Assembly (NCBI GenBank): GCA_001179505.1
Contig: CDMY01000314.1
Location: 1 to 64,000, forward strand
Direction of reading: 5' to 3'
Length of the DNA stretch: 64,000 nt
Source of the DNA: Vitrella brassicaformis CCMP3155
Taxonomy: Eukaryota; Protista; Chromerida
Position numbers and translations under genes: made by a program. The notes beneath the pieces are model-generated. The model was not told the DNA's origin. It ran no database searches and saw nothing but the letters and a program-made list of their open reading frames with translations. Position 1 is the stretch's first letter; each line of letters opens with the position of its first letter. Below are positions 50,030 through 64,000 of the stretch, one piece after another.

Positions 50030-51811
50030 CTAGATCTTCTTGATGACAAACACGTTGTTCTTGATGCCCAGTGGGGCGTCCTTGTGCCCGTTGATCCGCA
50101 CCAACTCCTCCCTGAGTGTCACGTAGAACTGCTCAACCTTGGCTGCAACGCCATCCACACTATCAGCGGCATCGTGGTGGCCGCCTGCTTCTTGATGGTC
50201 GTCGACCATGAACGAGGTCACCATGCCCTCCGTCCAGCCACGAACCGACGACACAAGCTGCACACAGCAGATGCCGACCCCCCCACACACATGGATACAC
50301 ACATGGGTCTGTGCGTGCGTGTGGGTGTGATCACTCACGCACTCGCTCACCTTGTCGAAGTGCGCGTCGTCGGCTTCCTGATCGTCGTCGGATGTCTCGG
50401 TGTGTTGTTGAGCGGGATTGGTGTCCTCCGTCCAGACGGCCTCCAGCTGCAAAGGCAGCTCTCTGTGTGGAGCGGGGAGGGGCAGTGGGCCGCTCGTTGT
50501 GGGCCGGCCGTCGATGCCCTCCCACGGCTCCAGCAATGTGGCCATTGGGAGAAGTGTGGCCGGGAAGCAGGCCTTCTTCGCCGTCTCACGAGACACCCTA
50601 AAGAGATGCAGACATACACATACACACACACACACGTGTGCATACCTGCGTAAGTGGATGGTGCGTCTGTCCTTACCAGCCGTCGTCGGCCATGATGTTC
50701 ATGACGTTGTGGATGGCCTTGAACTTCCCGCCGCCCCCCTCCTCTGTTTCGACCCACGACACGACGATGCGGCCCCCCGGGACGAGCTCGGCACTGCGGA
50801 GGCGCAGAAACGTCTCCCACTCTCGCTGCTTGACCTAATAAAACCACACCAGACACCACCGCAGACAAAGAGATCTGACCGACTGGCACCGTGTGTGTGT
50901 GTGTGATGGGGACACACACGTACCTGCAGCCACGCTTGTGTGGCCTCCGTGTCTGTGGAGCACTGGAAGACCAGCCCATCGGACAGGGGCCTCGGCTGAT
51001 GGTCCATCCTACACGGGCGTCACAACCGAAACACACGTGGATGGACGAGTGGCTAGGCACCCTCAGATGATACATGTGGGGGTCATGTCAGTGGCACGTA
51101 AGTACCAGTGGATCGAGGTGAAGGCAACCACCAAGTGAAGGCTCTCGTCGGGCGCCTGACGCTCGTACTGCCACCAACACACACACAGTCGATCAATGCC
51201 GCCCGTGTTGCTTGCCCCTCCCCGTTCCTCACCATTGTCTTGCCGGACGCAAAGGCCATGGCTGTCGGCGGCCCCTCAGCGGCGTAGCCCCACGGCCCAT
51301 TGACTGTGTTGAAGAGCTCTGACCAGCGGTTGGATGGCAGGTCGTTGTGGATGACACACAAACACCGAAGATGGCCGCCGATCTCATCTCGGTGCTCTTG
51401 CATGGCATTCAGCACGGCCGCCATCATGGCTTCGGTCGCCGTGCCGTGACCACAGCTGCACGCAACCAATCGACACAAACAGGATTAACATAGAGTGCCA
51501 GATCTGCACGCTCGTCGCTGCCTGCGTCTTCTGTTCGCGCACCCGCAGTCAAGAGCCCACACGGGACCTTGGTTGCCTCTCTCCCTCTCTCCCTTGAGCG
51601 TCTTGATCATCCCCTCTGTCACCACTGAGTGCCATCGACGCGCCATACCCTGCAGCAGGCAAACCACAGACACAGCGAATGCCGAATGGAGAATAGGTAG
51701 GAGCAGTGAGTGGGCGTGGGTGTCCGCACGCACCTGCTGCCAGTGGGAGGCGTCATCGTACGACTCCCCCATCATGATGACGGGCTTCACGCGGGCGGGA
51801 TCAGGCGGCAT
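50030..51811 (-). CDS. SABATH-family (Methyltransf_7) SAM-dependent carboxyl methyltransferase, multi-exon
   Basis: MMGESYDDASHWQQ; WALDCG|CGHGT; VIHNDLPSNRWSELF; YERQAPDESLHLVVAFTSIHW; WETFLRLRSAELVPGGRIV; FVIKKI*. Confidence 0.88.
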
Positions 51812-52172
51812 CAGAAAGGAACAGTGTCAACTTGAAGCTCGACGCTGCTGACGAGCGAGAACCTCACAGATCTCAATGTCATCTCTGTCCCTTGACACAC
51901 AAGAAGCATGGAGAGAGCGCTGTTTCTCCAATTCTCCGATACGGAAGACCTCCCCTGATGCGAGCTCATTGTGAGCGATCGCCCTGCCCCAGCGATTTCA
52001 TTCATCCAAAGACTGCTATCGCATCCTAGCACGGAACAGTCACACGCAGACGATAGGGGCTACCGAGCGAATTGCAGCGCATATAAGGGACTCTGGCGCT
52101 GCAGACGCTTCTCGAGGCCAGGGGGTGAAACATATTGCAGCCCAGCTTCCCCATGGCTACACACACTAGTCA

Positions 52173-55100
52173 CTATGAGTGCTGTTCTGCGCGGACGATG
52201 TCGTCGAGTGAGAGAGACACAAACTCCTCGGGGAACCAGCCCTGCTGCCCCCTCTCCTCCACCCACCCATACGTCCACCCGTGAGAAGCCCGCTCAATCA
52301 CCTGACCACACACAGACAAAAACCCATCCACATCCACCCACAGCCTCAATGCGGCGTGCATTGTGCCGACGCTCATTTGACCCACCTGTATTTGGTCTTG
52401 CGGGTAGACGGTAAGCAGTTCGCTCCCACCGTATTCTCCTTTCTTGGCGCGCCAATACCTCGCCGCACTCAGCACTTCTGCTTCCTCGTCTTTCTCCTTC
52501 CCATTCTCGCTGCGACCCTCGCCGGGTCGATAGTCATGCTCAGCCTCTTTGCTGTCGTTTCTTGCCGGGCTGCTGTCGTCTTCTCTAGGTCTCAGTTCCT
52601 CGATGCTCTGTCTCAGCCGCTCCAGGAAAGATCCAGCGGCACTCGTGTTCTCGCGAGACGTTGATTCGGAAGCGGCCTCTGTGTCGGCTGTTGTCGTCCG
52701 CAGGCTGTCGGCCTGGAAGCAGGGCTGCTTGCGCTTGGCTGCCATGGCACTGTGTGGGGCCAGTGAAGGCACGCTGCTGCGGTGGCCGACGGATGTTTCC
52801 ATCTCTGCCGGTCTTGAGGAAGCCTCGCTCGCACTGCAGCTGGAGCCTTGCAAGTAAGGCAGTTCCAGAGAGATAATGCCGTCCTGCTGCTGCCTTGATA
52901 GAGAGAGCCCGCTTGCAAGCATTCCGTGTGCTGAGCATGTTTGTGAGCAGGTTTGTGGTGTCTTCCGTGTGGGCCTGTCATCGTGAGCATCGCGTCTCTT
53001 GGGAGATTTGGTTGGTTTCGCTGGGGTGCTTCCCAGCACCAACGCAGTCGCCCTCTTCAGTGGCGATACCGACCAGGATGCCGCCTCTTCTCTAGTCTCT
53101 TCCTCGAAGCTGCCGAGTGTGCTGCCCGCCGGATTGGCGATGGAGTTTTGTGGGTGCACCTCGTCTGCAGGTTGAGTTTCGGGTCGGCCAAGCCACAAGA
53201 TGGTCGCCGGGGTTTTGGCAGTGAGGCGCTGTCGCGACGAGTTTGACGCCTTCAGCAGGCTTCCAGGGCCCAATGCAAGTGTTCGCCCTTCATCAGATGA
53301 TTGGTTCATTAGGTAGCCCGATTCTGTCCGACGCAAACAGTGCAAAATGTGCATCGAAGGAGCAAGGCGTTCATGTCTCGTTTCGTTCTTACCGATTACG
53401 CCGGTAGGCGACCTGGATTGGCCATCCATAGAAGGGATTTCCACCTTCGCTCCTTCATGGTAGATCTCCATCCTTGCATTCGCGATGAGATCCTCAAGCA
53501 GGTGTATGTCTGGCTGCTCGTCATGAGCCATCAGAATCTTGTACAGCCACTGACGACGAGCAGCATGGAGCGTGTCTCCCTCTTTGCATGCCACAGCACC
53601 GGTCGGTTCCTTTGGGATGCATGTGGGTCCATCTGAATGCATCGTTTGTACCCACGCAGGCACCGCTGGCTTCTCAAAACCGTCGAGAGATGCTGTGAGT
53701 GAGGCGAAGGAAGCTTCGTGCTCTTTTGTGTCGACGACCTAAAGATTCGGAGAGGGATGACAGTTGCTGAAGCGTCTGGGCATCCCATCTGTATTCTACC
53801 TGGTCGCATGTGGGCAAGACAGCATCGATATTCTCGCTTCTCAGCTCATGCATTCGGATTGGCTGTCCACCTGAACCAAGAAGGTGCATTGCCATCCATC
53901 CAGCCTGCTGCCTTCTCGTTACTGTTCACTGCCCTCCTACCTGGTCTGAGCGGAGGAAGTGTCTCGCCGCTTGCAGAGCCATCATTTATCAGATCTCTCT
54001 TCTTCACATAATACTCGAGTGCACCCACCTGCAGACAGCGAGGAGCAGTCTGTGAAAGGGAGTGATTGGCAGGGAGCCATTGGATGTGGTTGTATACCTG
54101 AGACGATTGCAGGAAATGGAAACGGACGTCTTCGTGGATCTCCGCCAGGGCGCGGCGATGGCTGGCCACTGATGCCTCCAGCAACCTGACGACAGGCGAA
54201 AATGCGTTAAGTCTTCAATCAATGCACGACTAAATGAGAGCCACGTGGGTGAGAGTGACGCATACCTCAGCTTGTCTTCGTATGGAGAGCAGATGGCATC
54301 CGCATGCTGAACGAATGATGTATCGGCAAAGTCATGTCGAGACAGGCAGATCGCCTTGCACCATGCTCACCTGTTGCAGCTCTGCTTCCTTGGTACTGAT
54401 GTTTGTCCGCAGTGTCTGTGTGAAGGCGAAATGCAGCTGAATCTAGCTGTGCTGTCTAGCGTTTTGCGTTGATTCTGTACTTTGAATGTGTTCCGAATCC
54501 TATCCTTGAACGAGTGCAGCAGTCGTCGCATCTCCATCTGTGGTGAGACATATCAATTACGGAAACAGCAAAGTCATCAATCGGTAGTCTAAATACCCAT
54601 GCCGTCTGACCTTCTGCTGCTCTGCAAGAGAAACGATCCGCCTCAGCCGTGCCACGTACTCGTCCACCTGGCGGGCCTCACTCTCGAGCTGTGCACACAG
54701 CCACACACATGTAAGCAGGGCTCGACAACGCAGAGAAGCGCTGCTTCTCCTTTACCTTCTCTCTGTATCCTGTGCTTTGGCTCCCCTGCGCAGACGTAGA
54801 GGCGCCCACAGAGTCCCCACAGTGCTGAGATTGAAGTGCCGACGCCGAGGGCGCTACGTGTGCTTCATGTGACAGTTCTCGAGGCTGTCTTGGGCGCTGC
54901 ATATGGAGAGAAAAATGACAGCAAAGAAGAGACATCGTTCCTCAGATAACTGCACACTTGTGTCTGACTGACCTTTGCAGTGCTGCCAGCCAATGAGCGG
55001 AGCCAGGCGTCCTCGATAGCGGCCGAGCCGATGGTGTGGCCCTGCATGTCTGGGGCTTCATGCCGGAGGACGCAGCACTCACTGCAGAGGAACGAATCGC

Positions 55101-55315
55101 AGCTTCTGTGCACAAACACAACAGAGGAAAAAGCGGATGCACTCAAAAACTGTCTTTCCCCGTGTGTGTATGACGTACCTGCAGAACATCGTTGCCCTCA
55201 CCCGACCGCAGCTGCAAGTGCGCTGCGAGGATGCCATTAGAGAGTCCGTGAGTGTGAGCGAGGAACGACGTCCAGACGCGTTCGGCAACACCACAGACAC
55301 TGCGTCATCCATCAT
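52173..55315 (-). CDS. B-box zinc finger + coiled-coil + C-terminal SH3 protein, multi-exon
   Basis: CSCGRVRATMFCR|SCDSFLCSECCVLRH..GH (B-box); helical exons at 54350-54700; ELLTVYPQDQIQ|VIERASHGWTYG..GWFPEEFV (SH3). Single-gene linkage is inferred. Confidence 0.7.
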
Positions 55316-55431
55316 CCTATCCCTTCTTGCAGTGATTTCCTTCTGCAAACTCTGCGAGCTTTTCCCCTTCGAAAAGGAAAGGCATTCGAGACTGAAATGA
55401 CGTGGCTCAGTACGAGTGTGACGTTTCTTTG

Positions 55432-57793
<2,362 letters not shown>

Positions 57794-58329
57794 ACGGACT
57801 GGACGGATGCTAAGTGGAAGACTGAATGAGAGGAACCAAGGCTCTCATCAAGGCAGCCAGCGTGCGGTCCATGTAGAGGGAAGGAGGAGGCAGGGCGGGG
57901 CGGACGGCTGCCTTTTTGTGGCAGACACCTGTGTTGCGGTGGGGGTGATACTGTGGCGTGGCGGGTGATGTGTAGAGAAGGGGCGGGGCTTCCTTGGGTG
58001 GTGTGGTGTGTGGTGCGGTGTGTGCTGTGTGTATGTGGTGTGTTGGCTAATGTTTGTGTTGTGATCGCCTACCCTGTCATTCATGAGATCGATGAATGGA
58101 TATACCGAATTCACTCCACTGACGCGACGCATCATGATGGGCGTGCAGTGCAGCCGATGTCTGTCGACAGGAAGGGCAAGACGCCTGCCTCCGATTGACG
58201 ATGGTTGCCATGACACTGACATATGCGGCTGTGCCTCCTTGGTGTCTTTCTCTGGTCTCTGAGAAGGTTGGCGTTATCCTGGTGGCATTGCAAATGCTTG
58301 TTGCGGTGTCATCGGAATGACGGCAGCTT

Positions 58330-61300
58330 ATCAAGAGACCGAGAAACTCACGGAAGACGTCCATAAGGGAACTCCAGAATGTGTGCCTCAAACCTGCAGC
58401 TGAGCTCGCTCCAGCCGTACCCTTTTTTGTCGATCTCGCTTCAGATCTGCGCAGTGCCCGCACGCGTGAGGCCCTTGACTCACACCTCGCGTCGCTTGCG
58501 AGAATAATTAACATCGGCAGGTGAGCAACACACCGCCGTCAGTGACAGAGATCACATGCCCTCCAACCGCTGCTTGTGGTTTCTGTTGCAGCCAAGGGCG
58601 AGGCGCAGGTGTGCTGCTTGTCCCGCCTGTGTGAGCAGCAGCAGCAGCAGCAGCAGCAGAAGACGCCCCCTGTTGCTTCATCGGCATCAGCGCCGACCGG
58701 AGGTCGAAATGAACAAAACCGGAGCGCAGCGCCCATCAAAAGCCGAGAAGAAAAGAGCAAAAAAGGTGCGGTCCGATACGGAGGCACCACTCTCACTAGA
58801 TGGGTGACAGACAGGTGTGAGCACGTGTCCTTGTGCGTGTGGTGTGTGTGGTGCATGTGTGTCAGGCCAAGAGACGTAGTGCTGCGCTTGATGCGAGTCA
58901 GGATGGCCGTGAGGGTGACGCGACGTCGACTGCACCAGACAAGCCACCGGGGGAGTCCCGCACGTTAGCCGTGCACGAGTCGATACAGCTCGACATGTCC
59001 GCGTCCTTGGCCAAGCTCTTTGCGGATGCGCCTCGCACCAGCAGCCTCATCCAATCGTTAGATGCCGCTTGCCCCTTCAACATCAAGGACCTCTTCGACC
59101 TCTTCCGCCTACAGCTGGCAGCCGCCGCGCGTCGCTGCATCCCGTCTTGCCGCCTCCTGAGACGCCTAATGTGTATCTGCGTCTGCGGAGTGGTTGATCT
59201 TGACACGCTGCAGAAGGCCAGCAGGGAGGGAAGGCTCGACGCCTGCGTCAAGGCCGTCCGTCAGATGGCTGAGCAGATGGCGTCTGAGGCGCATCTGCAG
59301 AGGCTGCTGTCGGTCAAGATGTGGCGGTTTCTCGTCATCCTCATCGAGGACATCGCCGACCAGCTGGAGGTGAGCGAGGGAGCGAAAGGCAGGCAACGAG
59401 GCTTCACACATGCGGTGTCATCTTGCCGTGTCGGTCAGGCTGACTTTCCGCTGTTCATCGAAACCATCGAGTCACTGCGGCGGCCAGCTGTCGCTGAGTC
59501 ACTATCGACCACCACCGCCGCCGCCGCCGCCACTACCACCGCCCCAGGTAGTGTTCACCTGCCTGTCTTCCCCCCGGACATCGACCCCGTCCAGCTGGTG
59601 CTGCAGCACTCCCCATCAACCTACCACCGATTCGTCGAGGCCCGTCTGCTCCCCTCTGACCGCCTCACCCGGCTGCTGGAGCTCTTCAGAGTCGACAAGG
59701 GGCCCAGCGACATGAGGGACGATTCCTACACGTGGGACAGATTCCTCGACGAGTATGTGGCAGCTGACTGTGCACTGAGCGAGGGAGAGGGCCACAAGCG
59801 TCTCGGGTCCTTCACAGTGAGTGGCGCCTCTGGCTCACTCGCGGCCCTCAACGGCAGCTATGTTATCCGCCCCACAGAGGACGAGCAGGTGACGCTCGTG
59901 GCGTCGCCCGATGGCGCACTCGCCTATGTGGGCGAGAAAGTGGTCTTCGAGCGGCTGGTGTGTCCGACCAATGAGGCCGTATTCGACGAAACAAGAGTCG
60001 TGTGGGTAGCGTACGAGCCAGCGACAGCCCAGCAACCGACTCCTCGGCTGCTTGTCGTCGGTCTTGGCGACGCCGACATGCCAGGGGCGGCGTTTGCAGC
60101 GCACCCGGGCTTTTCGTCTCCGGCTTTCGAGACACACCAGTGGTACACTGTCGATGAGGGGGCACAGCTCGTTCCGGTCGATTTCAGCGTCTCGGCCGCC
60201 ATCCCCCTCGACTCATACGTCTGCCGCTCGACAATTGATCCGATGAGCCGTAAAGTGGTCGCGGACCTGCGTCACTTTCAGGCCGTATCGTTCATATGCA
60301 GGGCCATCAGCGATTCTGCCGACTCTCTCGTCGAAGGACCAGGCACACAGCTTGTGGCGTACTACGTATCCCCTTATGTCATGGAAAGTCTGCCCCCTTC
60401 CGCACACAACCCCGAGCCGCTCACCGGTGTGGCCTCAGAGCGGCGGCCCACTGCACGTCCGATGGGAGAGCGGCCCCTGAATTTGCGCGACAGTGAGAAG
60501 GCCATCCGCCAACTTGGCCTTATGCGCCTGTCGGACGAGTGGTCCACACGGCCCTTCGCCGAGTGGCCCCAAGCAGCATTATTGCAGTTTCTGGGGAATG
60601 GCGGGATGGTTGGGGGGCGCTTGGAGGGCGCCCGTGTTGCTGTCGTGCGGCCGGAGGTCCTCGTCAGCGGCAGGTGCGCCTTGTGTGACGTCCAGCCGCC
60701 CGTCAGCACACTCGGCGATATGCCCCTGTTGCACTCGCCATCACTTGTGTCGGCTCATCAAGACCTGGCATACTTGAGCACGGGGGGAGTGTGGACGCTG
60801 AGGGCCTTCTCACAGGAGCTGGTCTGCGGCAAATGCTCATGTGCAGAGGCCAAAGGCACCACAAGTCACGTGCTGGGCCTCCTCGCGGCGCTCTCTGAAG
60901 GGTACGCGCGGACGTCAGTCACACTGACTGCCTTCCTTGATGTTGTGGTGTTATGGATGTGTCTGTGGCTCGTGGTGTGCAGGGACGATGCCTCGGACGA
61001 CGGTGGTGCAACGGAGACACATCCAGCAGCGGCTGCTGCTCGGCCGTCTAGGCGAGACACGAGGCAAGGCAGAAGCCCACTGCTCACACTTGCCCTCTCA
61101 CATTGATCTGCTATCCGTCCTTCTTCCTCCCCGTTAGTGACATCATGGTGAGCCGCGACTTCCTTCTTGACATCCTCAGGCCCGCAAGCCCTTCTGCCGC
61201 GTCCGGCCAGGGCGACTCGGACCTAGAGGAGACCACTCGCGGCCAGGCAGCGACACCCGCTGGCACAGACGAGGAGTCCACAGGCACGCCTCAAGCCGCA

Positions 61301-64000
61301 GTGGCTGCTTCGGAGGCAAGTGGCTCTGTGAGCATCGAATGGGCCTTTGGCAGCACGCAGTACCTAAGGGGTCTGCTGGCGCGGGAGGGCCCATGGGAGT
61401 GCGGTGTAGACCTGCGAGCGCTCTTTGAAGGGCTCGCCCAGAAGCTCAAGGACCTTGACTTGGACATTGCCTTCGGGCCTCTCTTCAGACTCCGACGGAT
61501 TATCGTTCGCCAGGTCGGGGGGGGGGGGGGNNNNNNNNNNNNNNNNNNNNNNNNNNNNNNNNNNNNNNNNNNNNNNNNNNNNNNNNNNNNNNNNNNNNNN
61601 NNNNNNNNNNNNNNNNNNNNNNNNNNNNNNNNNNNNNNNNNNNNNNNNNNNNNNNNNNNNNNNNNNNNNNNNNNNNNNNNNNNNNNNNNNNNNNNNNNNN
61701 NNNNNNNNNNNNNNNNNNNNNNNNNNNNNNNNNNNNNNNNNNNNNNNNNNNNNNNNNNNNNNNNNNNNNNNNNNNNNNNNNNNNNNNNNNNNNNNNNNNN
61801 NNNNNNNNNNNNNNNNNNNNNNNNNNNNNNGGGGGGGGGGGGTGTGTGTGAGGGTCGGGTGCGCGACGCGGAATGGCTTCATTTCATTCCACATGTGTGT
61901 GTAAATGTGTGCAGGTGCTGGAGTGTCTGCAACTCGATCAGCTGTCTGAGGCACTGTCTAGGGGCGGCAGCAACAGGCCGCTGGAGGAAACGGCTGCCAG
62001 TCTGCACAGAGAGGCCAAGCTAATCAAGGGCGACGAGACGCGTCAGACACTCTGCTCGCGCTACTTGTGGTACACAATGGTGTATGCCCTTGAAGCCATT
62101 GTCAGGCAGATAGAGGTCCGTTTCATGCACAAGCGCGTACACACTTATCTGCAGGGCTGGCTGTCTGTCCTTACTCCGCCTGTCTGGCTGCCTCTATGCT
62201 GGTAGGCTGACGGTGTGGCTTTCGTCAGAACGATGCAAGACATCCGCCGCCGCATACAAGATCAGGACTTTTCGGGCGCAGCTGACGCCATTCTGCCGCC
62301 CCTGCCGTTCGCAGGCGACAGAACGGCAGGCGACAACTTCAATGACTTTGCCCGCCAGGTGGTGGTCGCTCTGGTGCAACAAGGGCCGCCCGACTTCTCA
62401 TACCTGGAGCCTCATCTGCAGACATATATGACCGGCTTCGCCCCAAGCGACCGGCTTCTAGACCTACAATGGTTCTTCCGTCTCCATCAAGGTCCCCTGA
62501 AGTCGCCGTCGCAACACGACACAGAGGACTCTTTTTACTTCGAATGGCATGTGACGTATCGCGACTACTTGCACCAGTGCGGCAGCACGGCCGCCACGGG
62601 CGGTCGGCGGCACGGCAGCTTCACTGTGAGTGGCGCGCCGGTCATCAACGGCACCTACCTGCTCCGCCCGACAGAGCAAGAGCAGGAGACGCTACTCTAT
62701 ATTCATCCGGAGGCTGTCGCGTATGTGGGCGAGGACCTGGCATTCGAGCGGCTGGTGTACCCGCAAGCGGATGGCAGCATGGGAGGCTTCTGGATCGCCT
62801 GCACTCCGGATTTTGGCGACACAATCGGGCCCCTCTGTGCCTTCGCCCCATTCAAGAATGACGCTGTGAGCGGCTATAATCCTCTGCTCAGCCACCCCGC
62901 TGCGGCCAACCCCGCCTTCGAGACCAGCGAGTGGTTCACTGCCGACCAAGAGGGACGCATCAGCAGACTGGATGGCGTCAAGATGTCTTCCACTCTCCCG
63001 CTGACCTTCGATGTCCCCCGATCCGTCATTCCAGGCGTATCGAAGGTGGAAGGCACGGTGGAGGTCGATGTGTATCCGCGGGCCGACACAGCTGAGCCGC
63101 TGGCGTGCGAGTCGCTGGATGACTACTACACCCATCATCTGGCCAAGCTGGAGGTCAGCAAGGGAGCCGCCTTTCCCATGGCCTTCTATCTCGACGCCAA
63201 CGTCATGGAGCAGCTGCCCCGATCGGCACGGCACACGGAGCGGCTCACGGGTGCAGGCCAGTCACCTGCAGGTTATACATCCGTGAGCACCGCCGAGACC
63301 ATGGTGATCAAGAGAGGAATGGTCCGCCTGGCGGAGGAGTACGTCACCAAAGCCTTTACCGAGTGGCCCTTTGCCGCCGTGGTTGCCCTGTTGGCGACCG
63401 GATGGGAGGCGGCAGGGGGGCTGGTGTGCGTCCTGCGGGCCGAGTCGAGGACACAGACATGTTCTCGGTGCGGCAAGCCGTGTGCGGGCAGCTCAGGGGG
63501 CCCCGTGGATACCATTCCTCTGGTGCACACGCTCACCTGTGATGACCTCATGGACGATGCCATGATCGAGGAACACAAAAAGTACATCCGCGGCGCCGGA
63601 GCGGAGCTGTGTGTGTGGGGCGCTGGTGGGAGACCGACGTGTGGTGCCTGCCAGCTGGATTGTGTCGAGTCGTTGGCGAAGGAGCCGTCGAGGTGAGGTG
63701 TGCGATATATGCAAACAGAAAGGCACCCACCCAGCCAGCCACGGACTCACATATGAATGAATGAATGGCCACTGTCATGTGTGTCTAGGCCTGCTACTCC
63801 GGCGGATGTGCTGGACGTTTTCTCACGCCTCATGTCGTCCCCTTCTGAGACGGAGGCAGTCCCCACGCCCCAACCCAAGAGCGCGTCGAGTAGCAGCACC
63901 CCCTCCCGAGCTTCCCCGGCTGCCCCTGGGAGCATCTTCCGCGGCATCTTCACGCCCAAGGACAAGACGACCAAACCCAAACCGCCCAAATCGACGCCCT
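58330..64000 (+). CDS. Large hypothetical protein with two tandem copies of an unknown ~600-700-aa module; start uncertain, runs off window
   Basis: GSFTVSGA..NG.Y..RPTE.EQ.TL..AYVGE...FERLV.P, PAFET..W.T.D.EG and A(F/Y)Y....VME.LP.SA...E.LTG occur in both 59430-60900 and 62215-63690. Each copy ends in a CxxC..CxxC pair. Confidence 0.7.
61531..61830. other. Assembly gap (300 N) flanked by poly-G inside an intron
   Basis: N run read directly, with G tracts on both sides. Confidence 0.99.

Noticed and set aside
61103-62023. ORFs reading through the N gap
   Set aside because: Artefacts of translating Ns.

Overview
Intron-rich, GC-rich eukaryotic genomic DNA with short GT-AG introns full of (CA)n/(GT)n/(AGAC)n. 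This style suggests a chromerid alveolate such as Vitrella (inference, not verified). All gene models were assembled by hand. Layout: (1) 1-4.8 kb, a coiled-coil/RING gene and a PLAC8 gene. (2) 5.0-7.4 kb, a patchwork of Helitron-derived repeats. (3) ~7.5-27.5 kb, two distinct, degraded Helitron-like rolling-circle transposons, one nested in the other. Outer element A encodes 2x CCHC knuckle - HUH Rep - PIF1 - SLX1-like GIY-YIG nuclease. Inner element B (~10.1 kb, DUF6570-like - HUH Rep - PIF1, Helentron/HLE2-type ends, 167-bp satellite) sits in the small intron that splits A's HUH motif. Both carry in-frame stops that fit C>T/G>A changes of Gln/Trp codons. (4) 29-50 kb, a quasi-palindromic cluster of six copies of an unknown ~165-aa Cys-containing gene (three minus, three plus) around a TBC/rhodanese-like/pseudokinase locus. 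(5) 50-64 kb, a SABATH methyltransferase, a B-box/coiled-coil/SH3 gene, a MYST histone acetyltransferase, and a large protein with a duplicated unknown module spanning a 300-N gap. No rRNA, tRNA or CRISPR array was recognised.
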